In this document: positions 1 to 12,206 of the stretch, one piece after another
Layout of the letters: each line of letters starts with the position of its first letter
Numbering within the stretch: position 1 is the first letter of the stretch
Source: Cetorhinus maximus
Taxonomy: Eukaryota
Assembly (NCBI RefSeq): GCF_964194155.1
Contig: NC_135916.1
Span: 1,116,001 to 1,180,000 of the forward strand
DNA length: 64,000 bases
Direction: 5' to 3'
Made by a program: the position numbers and the translations under genes
Notes under the pieces: model-generated
The model's input: the letters and a program-made list of their open reading frames with translations, nothing else
Told to the model about the DNA's origin: nothing
The model's database searches: none

Positions 1-617
1 CCCACCCCCAAACCCCGCCCCTCCTGTATCTATAGGTCTCCGGGTTGTGTAAAAATGACTTTGCCACGATCTCTGTCAGTTCCTGGTAAATGTGTGCCGG
101 TGTTAGACTGCCCCTGTGAATTTCTGGTGTGTGAGCATTTATTTTATTATGTAGCAGTTCGTTGCTTGGAAGTGATTGGCGCTTTTCTTTTCTCTCCCCC
201 TCTATTCGTCAGTCTGTAGCATGAGAATGAGAGTTTTTATTCTGCATCTGCCAATGTCTGACATGTGAGTGTGGGTCTCTCTTGGCATTTGTCAATGTTT
301 GCAATGTGTGTGGTGTGTGAATGTGAATATTACATTGGGTTATTCAGTGTCAAATCGATCATCGTGTGTTTGAATCAACCTCTCAGTTTCTGACATTTAA
401 ATGTGAAAATACCTTAAAATTATCAGTTCTTTTGTATGTCAACTACATCCTGTACCTATAAATCTATTGTAAGCCAATCTAAGATTTACTCATTCTCTCA
501 GTAATGTTATGTGGTTATGTAATCTCTGTTATGACTGAATGGACTTTTCTCGCTATCTGTCAGTTTTCAATGTATGAAAAGCAAATACATGGCAGATGCT
601 TTAAAACATCGATTATG

Positions 618-1113
618 AACATAAGAACAGAAGAAATAGGAACAGGAGGCGGCCATTTGGCCACTCGAGCCTTCCTCATCATTCAATAAGATAATGGCTG
701 ATTTCTTTGTGTTTCAATCCCCACATTATCATCTACCCCCATAACCTTTGATTCTCTTGCCTATTAAGAATCTATCTGCCTCTGCCTTAAAAGATCTCAA
801 TGACCCTGCCTCCACTATCTTCTGAGGCAGAGATTTCCAAAGTCACACAGCCCTCTGAGAGAGAAAAAAATATCCTCACCCATGTCCAAAGAGGGCGATA
901 TCTAATTTAAAAACAGTGCCCCCTATTTGTGGAAACATCCTCTTGGTATCCACAATTTCAAGGCCACTCAGGATCTTGTATACATCAATCAATCACCCCT
1001 CACTCTTCTGAGACCCAGTGGAAACAAGCACAGTCTGTCCAACCTTTTCTTATAAGACATCACACTCATTACAGGTATCTATCTAGTAAAGCTCCTCTGA
1101 ACCACCTCCAATT
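618..1113 (-). mobile_element. CR1-type LINE 3' fragment
   Basis: Starts with the reverse-complement tail aacataagaacagaagaaataggaacaggagg, followed by degenerate CR1 ORF2 C-terminal sequence. Confidence 0.75.
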
Positions 1114-1912
1114 AGTGTGAAGTTATCCACATCAGTTGAAAAGGCAGCATGGGAGGGTACTATTTAAGTTGTGATGGATTGGGAAATGTTGAAGTAAAAA
1201 GGGAACTGGGTACCCATGCACACCAATCACTGAGAGCAAGCATGCAGGTGCAGGTAGCACTTAAGAAGGCAAATGATATGTTGGCCTTCATCGTGACATG
1301 GTTAATTGCAGGAGCAAGGATGTCTAACTGCAGCTATACAGGGCCTTGGCAAGACCACTCCTGGAGTATTGTGTGCAGTTCTGGTCTCCTTACCTAAGGG
1401 AGGATATATTTATCATAAGAGGAGTGCAGCGAAGATTCACCAGAGTGATCCCTGGGATGGCAGGATTGTCCTCTGAGGAGAGTTTGGGTCGAGTAGGCCT
1501 GTGTTCACTGGAGTTTAAAAGGATGAGAGGGTGTCTCAATGAAAGGTGTAACATTCTGACAGGGCTGGAATGATTGGGTGCAGGGATGATGTTTCCTCTG
1601 GCTGGGGGTCTAGAACAAGGGGTCACATTCTCAGGATACAGGGTAGATGGTTTAGAACTGAGATGAGGAGAAAGTTCTTCAATCAGAGGGTGGTAAACCT
1701 GTGCAATTCTCTATGATACAAGAGTGTGAAAGCCAAGTCACTGAATATATTTAAGAGCAAAATAGATAGATTTCAAGACTCCAAATGGACAAGGCTATGA
1801 TAACAGTGTGGTTGGATGGTGTTGAGATATAGGGTCAGCCATGATTAAATTGAATGGCAGAGCAGGCTCAACAGGGCAAATGACCTACTCCTGCTCCTAT
1901 TTTCTCTCTTTC
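1114..1912 (+). mobile_element. CR1-type LINE 3' fragment
   Basis: ORF 1346..1573 contains RPLLEYCVQFWSP, VQRRFTR and SLEFKRMRG. 3' end reads cctactcctgctcctatt. Confidence 0.88.
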
Positions 1913-2169
1913 CATGCCTGATATGTGATAATGGATTTCAGCTGTACCAGTTAGTTCATGTTTGGGATGTGTGTATTTTGTTCTGTATTCATATCTCTGT
2001 CTTGCAAGTGGTATATTTTGCTCTGTTCCTGATAATTTCTGATGAACTGATCGGTGGTTCTGTTTAGAACCTGTTGATTTCTGCTATGTGAATATGGGAT
2101 TTCCTTTGTCCTTGTCAGTTTATGGCATGAAGGTTTAACTCTGCAGCTAATGCAAATTCCAAATACCGT

Positions 2170-2372
2170 GAATATTGGAAATCTCAAGAAGAAAAATCAA
2201 AAATGCTGGAAATACTGAGCAGCTCTGGCAAGATTTGTGGAGACAGAAACAAAACTGCCATTTGTTTGAAAACTCCGAACTGATGAAGCGCCATTGAGCT
2301 GAAATGTTTTGTCTTGTTTTTTTCTCCACAGATGCTCCCAAACTCGCTGATTATTCCTCACATTTTCTTTGT
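2170..2372. mobile_element. Penelope-related inverted-repeat (pLTR-like) relic with hammerhead-like core
   Basis: Arm aaatgctggaaatactgagcag...gtggagacagaaac is mirrored by tttctccacagatgct...gctgattattcc. Core CTGATGA at 2280 and GAAA at 2301. Confidence 0.6.
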
Positions 2373-3894
2373 TTGTCCCCCATGTATGTTATTTCCAGCA
2401 AGTTCATCTGGCAGTTTCAAATATTTAATTCTGGCTTCCATTCTGACAATTTGCAATAATTGAATGGAGATTTTGCACTGTACCTCTCAGTTGTGTGTAT
2501 CTGTGTTTTCTGTACCTGTCAGTTTCGAGTATGTGAGGATTTATTTGAACTGCAAATTTTATATTGTGCCAAGTCGATGTGCATCCATTAGTTTCTCTGA
2601 ACTTACTGTGTTTTTAATTCTTTACCTGTCTGTGAATGGGGATTCTGCACTGTTCCCTGTTATTTACTCTTGTGTGACTGTATTTTTCCCAACACACTTA
2701 TAGTTCCAGCTGGCCTTTACTATGCATATGTCAGTCTCTGTAATGTGAGTGTAGCTATTACTCTGCACTTGCTTGTGCTTGATTTGTGAGTATATTTTTG
2801 AGTATTTTTGCCTGCATCTTAAATGGAATGTGTGTTTTGCTATTAACTCTCATTTGCTAAGATGTGTGTAAGTGGGTGGAACTAATCCTGTACCTGTACC
2901 TCTGTGATATATCAGCGTGATTGTATATCCCCACTAACATTTCAGGGTCACATATGTGAGCATGAAAATGATTTTGTGTCCCTTAGTTTACTGTAAATGA
3001 GTGAGGATTTAATCATTTAATGTCAGTCCTCTGTATGAGAATGTCGGGTTTATTCTGTCCTATTACTGGATAATTGTTATTTTTCTCTGTCTGCCTGTCA
3101 TATGTCTTGTCAGTTTTCCTCTGAACCGTCAGGCACCATTATTTGAGCCTGAGTCTGAGGTTGCATTTTCAATTTTATTTGTGATCCTGACCTTTACTTC
3201 CCTGTATCCCTCTGTTTTTGGTATGTGACGAGTAGTTTTATTCAGGACCTTACACATTTGAATTCAGGTTTATGTGTGTTTTTCCTGTAGCTATCAAAGT
3301 CTGTTATTTGAGTAAGAGTGTTCCTCCCTTTTTAACAGTTCAGTTCTGGAAGAATTGGTTTAATTCTGTATCTCTCTGTCTTGAATGTGCTGTTGATGAT
3401 ACATTATCACTCTCGGTCTCTGTTATGGGAATCCATATTTTTTGTGTTTCTGGCAGTCTCTGCTAGGGGAGAGGTGTTAATATGTTCCCTGTACTTGGTC
3501 AATATTAATTTGGTGAGATAAGGTTTAATATATTTATGTTTTTTGAATTGCATTTTCACTAATATTTCTCATTATCCAGTATAATTTATGCATTTTAATT
3601 TCATGCCAGTCATTTTCTAGTATTTGAGTGTGATTTCACTTGATATATTTCTGTCTCTTGCATGCGTGCCTTGGTGAAACTTATTTTCAAGCTGTCAGTG
3701 TCTGGTATGTTTTATATTTATATGTCAGCCATTTTTCAGTGAATGTGACTTTTATTTTGTGTGTTTTTAGTGCTTTTACTTTTATATATTTTTGCAAATT
3801 AGGTAACTGGAAGAGAATCTTAACCTGCAGTCAATCAGTTGTGTGGCACAATCTTGTTACATTTGACTAAGTGTCTAATGTTTACTGCACCTTC

Positions 3895-5512
3895 AACAGA
3901 GAAAATAACTGAGCAAACTATTGGGATTAAAGGGTGACAAGTCCCCAGGACCTGATGGCCTAAGTCCCAGTGTCTTAAAGGAAGTGGCAGTGTAGATAGT
4001 GAATGCATTGGCTATAATATTCCAAAATTCCCTGGATTCTGGAAAGGTTCCAGTGGTTAGGAAAGATGCTCACATAACGCCCTTATTCAAAAAGTGGGGG
4101 AGGGAGAAAGTAGGAATCTATAGACCAGTTAGTATAACATATGTCTTTGGGAAATTGTTGGAATCCATTATTAAGGAAGAAGTAATGGGGCATTTGGAAA
4201 GTCAAAATGCAATCCATCAGAGTCAGCATGGTTTTATGAAGAGTAAATCATGTTTGACTAATTTGCTAGATTTCTTTGAAGATGTGAGAAGCAAAGTGGG
4301 TAATGGGGATCCTGTAGATGTTGTATTATCTGGACTTCCAGAAGGCATTTGATAAGGTGCTGCACAAAAGATTAATACGCAAGGTAAGATCACACAAGGT
4401 TAGGGGTAATGTATTAGTTTGCATAGAGGATTGGCTAACCAACAGAAAGCAGAGATTCGGGAAAAATGTGTATTTTTCTGGATGGCAAGCTGTAACTAGT
4501 GGGGTGCCACAGGGTTTGGTCAATGGGCCCCATTTATTTACAATCTATATTATTGATTAGGATTCAGGGATAGAAGGTCCGATAGCTAAATTTGCAGATG
4601 ACACCAAAATAGGTGGGAAAGTAAGTTGCAATGAAGAAATAAGAAATTTTCAAATGGATATGGACAGGTTAGCTGAAAGGGCAAATGGAGTTTAACGTAG
4701 GTAAGTGTGAGATTATCCATTTTGGTCGGAAGAATAAAAAGGCGGTTTATATTTAATAGAGAGCAACTGCAGAATGCTTCAGTGCAGAGGGTTCTGGGTG
4801 ATCTCGTGCATGAATCGCTAAAAGCTAATATGCAGGTACAGCAGGTAATAAGGAAGGCAAATGGAATTTTGGCATTTATTGATAAAGGAAAAGTGTATAA
4901 AAATAGCCAAGTATTGTTGCAACTGTACAAGGCATTGGTGAGACCGCACCTGGAGTACTGTGCACAGTATTGGTCCCCATTCTTGAGGACCAATGTACTT
5001 GCACTGGAGGCGGTTCAGAGGAGGTTCATTAGATTGATTCCAGAGATGTGGGGCTTGTCTTATGAGGAGAGATTGAGCAGTTTAGGCCTATACTCGCTAG
5101 AGTTTAAAAGGATGAGAGGAGATCTAATTGAGGTATATAAGATTCCAAAAGGAATCGACAAAATAGACGAGGAGTGGTAGATTCCCCTTGTGAGACACTC
5201 TAGAACGAGAGGCTATACTTTTAGGCTAAGGGGTGGTAGATTTAAATCAGTGATGTGGAGCAATTACTTTTCTCAAAAGGTCATGAATCTGTGGAATTCA
5301 CTACCTCAGAGTGCAATGGATGCCGGGACACTGAATAAATTAAAGGAGGAGATAGACAGATTTTTAATTAGTCATGTGTTGAAAGGTCATGGGGAGAGGG
5401 CGGGAAATTGGAGTTGAGGTCGAAATGAGATCAGCCATGATTGTATTGAATGGAGGGGCAGGCTCGAGGGGCTGAATTGCCTACTCCTGCTCCTAGTTCT
5501 TATGTTCTTATG
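3895..5512 (+). mobile_element. 5'-truncated CR1 LINE, frameshifted reverse transcriptase
   Basis: Motifs YRPVS, QHGF, SCLTNLL, YLDFQKAFDKV, SGVPQG, KFADDTK (aaatttgcagatgacacc) and RPHLEY. Tail ttcttatgttcttatg. Confidence 0.95.
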
Positions 5513-5654
5513 CATTACCAATGTATATAGTCCTGCTAATTTTCAGCTGCGTATGTTTAAATTACTACCGTAATACCTGCTTCTTAACTACCGGGCCAGC
5601 ATTTAATTACTTAGATGCTGTCAATGTTCCATGTATATACTCACAGATGCTTCT

Positions 5655-5658
5655 TGTG

Positions 5659-5694
<36 letters not shown>

Positions 5695-5985
5695 AGTATT
5701 TGTGTCTGCAGGTGTGAATTTTTGTGAAAATCTGCATGACTGTGTGTGTCGGAGAGAAAGTGCAAGTTTGTTACTGTGTGCATTCATTTATGCATGTGTG
5801 TGTTTGTGCTTCTGTGTGTGTGAGGGCCTGTGTGTATGTTTGTGTGCATGTGTGTGATTTTTTGTGTGTGTGTGTTTGTGTATGTGTGCAACAGATGGTG
5901 TGCACATTTGTGTATATGTATGTTTGTCTGTGTGTGTTAGTGCAAGAGCCTGCGAGTGTGTGAATGTTTGTGTGGGAGTGTGCAG
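5655..5985. repeat. (TG)n-rich low-complexity tract
   Basis: Runs of tgtgtg visible directly. Copies at 43395-43745 and 35825-35970. Confidence 0.9.
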
Positions 5986-8242
5986 GGCTAATTTCCCATT
6001 TGTCTTTCTCTGGTACAGGATGCAGCTTTAGAATTAATTTTAATGAAATTTAAGTGTCTACCCTGTGACCATTACCTATGTTGGAATTAATTCCCTAAAT
6101 CTCAGTTATTATACTGTTTGTGTATCTCAAATTTCTCCTCTGTGTATATAACTCCATTATTATACATGTGAAGGTTTCTTCTGTACATAACATGTATCAC
6201 ATTCATGTTTCTGAAAACTATTTCTCCAATGCATTAATCTATTACTGTTTCCTAGCTCTGTTGCAGATTTTAAAATGAAACTTTGCATTTATCAAAGACC
6301 GGTGTTATTCTTTTATTTCATGTGAACTAAGGTATAGCATTCAGGCTGCAACTCGGCAAAAGTATTTGTGAATGATAATGAGACGCTTGAACTCACATGC
6401 TGTGTATGTCATATCTGATTGATTCAGTGTGTAATGATCTTACGTTATGAATCATAGTGAGAATATTAAACCGGCATGTGTTGTGTATCCATGACGTATT
6501 AATTAAAATTACACTTTCTCTTTATTTTAGATATAGTATGAGATCTTTGGAGGGGGGTTTAATGTGTTCCTCTGTGAGAACCTATGTACATTCTACAGAA
6601 TAATTTTGTACATTTCAGTCTGTTGCACTATCTGTAGCTAAGACTGCACTCTTCTGAAATGAATGAGGTGCCTTTCAATCTGATAGTATTTGTGGTTTTG
6701 GACTGTGATTGATGGACCTACCTTTCTGCGGTGCTTAGTGAGTGTGAATTGGGGAGAAATATTCTGTCTCCCCTGTTGTATTTGACTGTTGCGTTGAACA
6801 CGTCTATCTGAAACTTGAGATCAATGTGAATCTGATTCCTGCTCTCAGTGATGGTGGAACTGCTGTTCTGTCTGTGCTTTGAACAATAATGTACCTATGC
6901 CTACTCGAAGCATAGAGCTGCATGATTATTTAAGATGGGAAATCTATAGCTTGGCATTGGGGCTCAAAGAGAAATGGTGGCCCAATGTTATATAATTTTG
7001 AGATTGCAGGTAAATGTGTGTCTGTGCATGTGTGTATGTGTGTGTGTGTGTGTGCGTGTACATTTACCTGCCGGTCTTTAGTATGGGAGAAATTTATTTC
7101 TTCTCCACTATTTATATTCCACTATGTGAATGTGGGATCACACTGTATCTTTCACTTTTTAACATCTTACTATGGCGTTTATTTCTTTCCTGCCTGTGAA
7201 TGGGGATTCCAAAATGCACCTAGTTATTTGTTGCTGTGTGACTGTCTGATTTGTTTTATGAATGTTTGTAATTGATTCTGGGCTTTACTCTGGATCATTG
7301 ACTCTCTGTAATGCATTTGTGGCTATTATTCAGCACCTGTCAGTGCCTGATTTGTGAGTAAGCATCTTACTTTCACTGTTTCTGACATGTAATGCATATT
7401 TTTACTCATTGCCTCTTAGTTACAGGTATGTGGATTTGCATTTTATGTTCTGTATCTGCAATACTGTGAAATGTCAGTGTGATTCATTTTCCTGTTCTTT
7501 GTGTCAGGATCAGAAATGTGAGCATGGAAAAATTTGCTGAAACTCAGGTTATTTCAAATGAGTGAGACTTTACTCATTTGCTGTCAATCCCTGGTATGAG
7601 AAGGTATGGTTTAGTCTATGCCCATCATATTCTTGTGTGTGAGTATTGTCTTTTCCCATGGTCTGCATGTACCTTGTAGGTCATTGTCGATTTTGCTGTG
7701 AACTTGTCAGCCTGTATTACTTAAGTGTGATATTCACATTGCAGCTTTCAATTTAGTGTGTGAGCAAGGACCTCCCCCCACACTAACATCCCCCGCACTA
7801 CCCCTGACTGTATCTCTTGGTCTTTCATACAGGCTGTTATGTTTTAGTCAGCAACTTATGGGTTTTGATGCATTTTCAGGTCTGACATTACTGTAGCTAT
7901 CAACATCTGATTTCTCGGTACCCAACCTCTTCATATTTTGAAAAGTCTGTCATTGAAAAATTGATTATATTCAACACCTCTCTATCTCTGGTATGTGTCT
8001 GTGGTTTTATTATGTAAGTGTCTGCCCCTCTTACAGGAAGGTAACTTTCTTCTGTATCTGTCAGTCCCTCCTATGAGAGTGGTGTTATGTTATTCACTGT
8101 ACTTGTCAATATCTGCTTTGTGAGTTAAGTTTTAAACTTTCTTGTTTGTAGTGATCTGTCGATATAACTATTCTGAAAATATTGCTCTGGCATGTGATGT
8201 GTATGCGCGTCTGTATTAATGAATAAGTACTTTATCATTACC

Positions 8243-8833
8243 AGGAGCAGGTGATGGTGTAGTTGTATTGTCATTGGACTAATAATCTGGACAGCCAGGG
8301 TAGTGCTCTGGGTTCAAACCCTGACACTGCAGATTTTGGAATTTAAAATCAATAAAAATATGAATCGAATTAATGATCACCACGAAACCATTGTCGATTG
8401 TGGTAAAAACCCTTCTGGTTTACTAATATTCTTTAGAGAATGAAATCTGTCGTCCATGTACATGTGACTCTACACCCACCATTAAATGCCCTCTAAAATG
8501 GCCTAGCTAGCCACTCAATTGTAACAAATGGCAACAAAAAGATCATCGACAAAGGCAATCTCAGCCCTGTTGATCCTGAGGGACAAGGGCAGCAGATCGA
8601 TGAGAACACCACCACCTGGAAATTCCCCTCCAAGTGCCTCACCATTCTGAGATGGAACTATGCTGTCATTGCTGGGTCAAAAACCTGAAACTCCATTCCT
8701 AACAGCACTGTGGGTGTATCAACACCACAGGGACTGTAGCGGCTCAAGAAAGCAGCTTGTAAACCAACTTCTCAAGGGCAACTAAATGCTGTCCCAGCCA
8801 GCGAAGCAAACAACTCAAGGATGAATAAAATAA
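8243..8833 (+). mobile_element. Old tRNA-derived SINE with LINE-derived tail
   Basis: A-box-like tggtgtagttg and B-box ggttcaaacc. Tail ends ...aagggcaactaaatgctg...atgaataaaataaa. A paralogous copy occupies the same site at 23720-24340. Confidence 0.7.
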
Positions 8834-9241
8834 ATGTATGATACTGTGTGGGATCTTTGGTGTTGAGTCTATTGCATTGCTTTATGAATGCTGGGTACAT
8901 TCAAGGATTAATTCATTGAATTTCAATCAGCTTTATTTCCTGATATTTAAATTACAGCCAATGTTCCATTCTTGTGACATGCATGGAGTGAGCTTCAATT
9001 TGATATTGGTTGTGAGTTTGGACTGAAATTGGTGGACCTGCCATTCAGAGGTACTGAGTAGGAGTGTATTGTGATTATTCCAACCATCTCCCCAACCCCC
9101 GCCTCCCTTCTGAGCGTTTGACTATTGGATTGAGCACATGTATCTGGTATGAATTCCATTTGATTCTGACTATTTCTGTCCGTGGTGACGGTGGAAATGA
9201 TGTTCTGTCTGTATCTCTGCACTCTGTGAGTAATATCATAC

Positions 9242-9325
9242 CTGCTGTCAGTAACAATGAGATGGCTGCACTTTTATTTTGGTTGGGAAATCAACAGCTT
9301 GAAACCGATCCCTTCATGTATTTGC
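9242..9325 (-). ncRNA. Putative 84-nt non-coding exon of a minus-strand transcript
   Basis: Minus-strand acceptor tatgtttcttcctcTAG|g and donor CAG|GTATGA. Same length at 24727-24810, 46999-47082 and 62709-62792. Stops in all three frames. Confidence 0.45.
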
Positions 9326-9744
9326 CTAGAGGAAGAAACATATCTCTTGAAAGTCAAGATCAGCTGAGGCTTTGAAAGAAAATAGATCAACGTAACCTGG
9401 CAACTGATAATCAATTTTTATAATGCTCTACAAATCGTAAAGGACAATAAAGAAGTACAGTCCCTGATTCCACTTCAGCACCCTGCTTCGGTACTTTTCA
9501 AACATTTGAGTAACATTCAGAAACAGTCCTGTCCTGTCCTCCTCCAAGGATGTCACTACCCGAGGGGACAGGTACATTGGTGCAGGTCAGGTTTCAATTT
9601 CCAGCTCCCATTGTAAGAGCCGTCAACAAAAACCAACAGCCGCTGCGACAATGTTTCTTTAACACTTATCACTTGAAAAGCTGGTGCCTGCGATGGGTGA
9701 TATTTACATGATTGTTCCCCATCCTCACTGTCCGCCTGTTTCCA

Positions 9745-10310
9745 CTGTTCACTGTCCAAATGCCGACAAGTTGCATGAATCAGCAGCTATACTTGGAATA
9801 TGCATTACAGGTTTGAGGGGAGAAAATCCCAATAGTTTTCAATTGCAGCTTGCTCAGGTTCTGTCTCCCTCAGCAGGGCCACACACAGCCCCAGAAAGGC
9901 CTCTCCCCGTCCACCCGCTCACTCCAAGTTCCGGAACACGTTCCCGCACCGCTCCGCCTCTTACAAACAGCCCCCGGTTCCCCCTGAACTTACCCCGAGT
10001 CAATGATGATTTCTGTGTCCACACTGACAAACCGGGGCCCTGCTGGAATCAGAACGCTGTTTACTCGCTTACCCGGGCCCTAAGATTTCCATTTCTATCT
10101 GTTTGAAACAAAGGTCTCCCGCTCACTGAATGAAAAACTTCAATGGCGGAGTCTGGGAGAAGGGCAGCGCATGCGCTCTTCTAGTCAGGTCTGAGGAGTT
10201 GAATGAGGGCAGCAATGCGCATGCGCTTCTCTGGAATTTTACGTCACAGAATCAACATCATTTGCTCCTCCCCTCAGTCAATGTTCTCCAGCTTGAGCAT
10301 CACAACTGGG
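9745..10310 (-). promoter_or_regulatory. Conserved CpG-rich promoter / first-exon block (NRF1 x2, YY1-like, CRE)
   Basis: GCGCATGCGC at 10167 and 10217, AATGGCGG at 10142, ACGTCA at 10241. Minus-strand donors GTAAGC (10067-10072) and GTAAGT (9988-9993). Confidence 0.65.
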
Positions 10311-10404
10311 GCTGTGTGGAACGTTTCATCTAAGGCAGCATCCTGGTTATCTGAATATCCCTGGTCACCCTTGGTTCTCTGGGCTCGTTACTCCTTCCTC
10401 CTTC

Positions 10405-10628
10405 CTTTCTATTAATTTTCCGTAGATTGTAAATTCAGAAAAAAAATCTAACACTCTGAGACATGGGAGCCGCAGACTGTCTGATTCGCAGATTCCGTGG
10501 AGGAACCAATCACATGTGATTTCAGGCTATTATCTGAATAGCTCACATCAAGATGTTTATTCCAGGTGACAATATCAATTATCTGCTCCCGTTCCCTCCG
10601 GATCTCCCTGTTTATGTTGCTCCTCTTG
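10405..10628 (-). repeat. Inverted repeat, left arm (about 225 bp)
   Basis: Reverse complement of 12207-12432 with only a few mismatches. The same peptide (RSNINREIRR...GSHVSEC) appears on opposite strands in the ORF track. Confidence 0.95.
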
Positions 10629-10849
10629 GAGCCATTTACTAGCAAAAATTTGCCATGGTGATTGACTTGATTTGGGGGTATGAGCATTTTTATGGGCAGG
10701 GTCAGTTTTCAGCATGATGTTATTTAAATGAGGGCAAAAGTTTGTGGTAAAACACAATTTACGCTTGAAATTCCTTGGTCATTTGTACTGAATTGGGTGA
10801 ATTGTGTTGGAAATAGCAGTGAAAGTGAGTGAGGAGAATGCTGAGGCAG

Positions 10850-11830
10850 CTTGGAGAGGACATGTTGAGCCTGTACCGGCCCCATTTCAATTTTGAACAC
10901 CCCCCATAGTCCCACTGTATGTTTCACCACAAACAGGTCTTCCAAGTCTAAATTGGCCATTTCCTGCCTTATTTCACTAAAATCCACTCTCAACCAATCC
11001 AAAACATTTTTATTTGCAACTTGTCGATTTCTTTGTCCATAACAAACTTAATCTGTACCGTGTTGTATTTGCTATCGCTAAAATACTCACCCACCGTCAC
11101 CTCAGCCACCTGTCCGGCTTCATTCCCCCGAATTAGGTCCAGCCATGCACCTTCCCTTTTTGGACTCCCGACATATTGACCTAAAAAGTTCTCCTGTACA
11201 CATTTCAAAAAATCCACTACGTCCGAGCCCTTAACACTATTTATATCCCAATTAATGTTGGGAAAGTTGACATCACCTGATATAATTACCCTATTGCTAT
11301 TCTTTTTACACAACTCCACAAACAGTGCACATAGTTGCCCCTCAATTTACCGCTGACTACCTGGGGGTCTATAATTAAAACCTAATAACGTGGTTGCACA
11401 CTTTTTATTTCTTAGCTCAACCCACAAAGTTTCATTTGATGCATCGTTACTGCAGTAACTGACTCCTTAATTAATAATTCTAAGCCTCCTCCTCTTTTAC
11501 CCCCTCCGTTGTCTCACCTGAAATTTCAACATCACGGAATATTGAGCTGCCAATCCTGCCCTTCCCTCAACCACGTCTCAGTGATAGCTACTACACCACA
11601 ATTCCAAGGGTTTCAATCCACACCCTCAACTCATCCGTTTTATCTGCAATACTCCTGGCACTTAAGTTGAGGCCATCCAGCCTTGCCTTACTCCCTTGAA
11701 GCTTATTGCAGCTGTACTTCGTCGCTCATGGTTCTTCTACTGGCTTATGATGTGTCCCCATTCTGCTAAAATTCTGTGTCCCCTCCCCCTGCCGAGTTAG
11801 TTTAAACTCCTCCCAACAGCACTAGCCTAT
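10850..11830 (-). mobile_element. CR1 LINE ORF2 N-terminal AP-endonuclease fragment
   Basis: IISGD(V/F)NFPNINW, FLGQYVGSPKREGAWLDL and FSDS motifs. Confidence 0.85.
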
Positions 11831-12206
11831 CGGTGTGTGTGCCTTTCTGTCTCTGCCTCAATCTCCCTCTATCTATCTCTCTCTCACTCACTATTGATTC
11901 TTCTCTTTCCTTGCTCTCTTGCTCCCTTTCACACCCACATCTCACTACTTCTGGTGCTGTGAATGTTACTGATGCTGTTACCCATCCTCCATTGATATGC
12001 GTGACACCATTAGTGTTCATCCTCTCAGAAATTCAGCTCTGAAATTTCATTTGACTATCTCTAATAAAAAATCGAAGTGTGTTTTGAAAATCTCTGTCAC
12101 TGCCAGGAATGTGACAATCCGCGAATGCGCGTTAACATATAACTGGCCTGCTCTGGTTGTTGAGGTAGGGGTACATTGCAAACTGTGAAATTGTGACCTG
12201 TCAGTT

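Larger units (their letters stand above)
1..9240 (+). repeat. Highly degenerate T/G-rich tandem array, about 40-bp period, interrupted by TEs
   Basis: Near-consensus unit at 236-275 (tttattctgcatctgccaatgtctgacatgtgagtgtggg). Related units at 2716 and 2757. Strong T>A and G>C bias. Confidence 0.6.

Noticed and set aside
5521-5963. Cys/Val-rich ORFs
   Set aside because: Translations of (TG)n low-complexity sequence.
10002-10030. C/D-box-like ATGATGA...CTGA in the conserved block
   Set aside because: The boxes are only about 15 nt apart and no convincing longer C/D pair with a terminal stem was found.
9684-10106. 140-aa plus-strand ORF in the conserved block
   Set aside because: It has a non-ATG start, no recognisable domain, and is not preserved as an ORF in the unit B paralogs.
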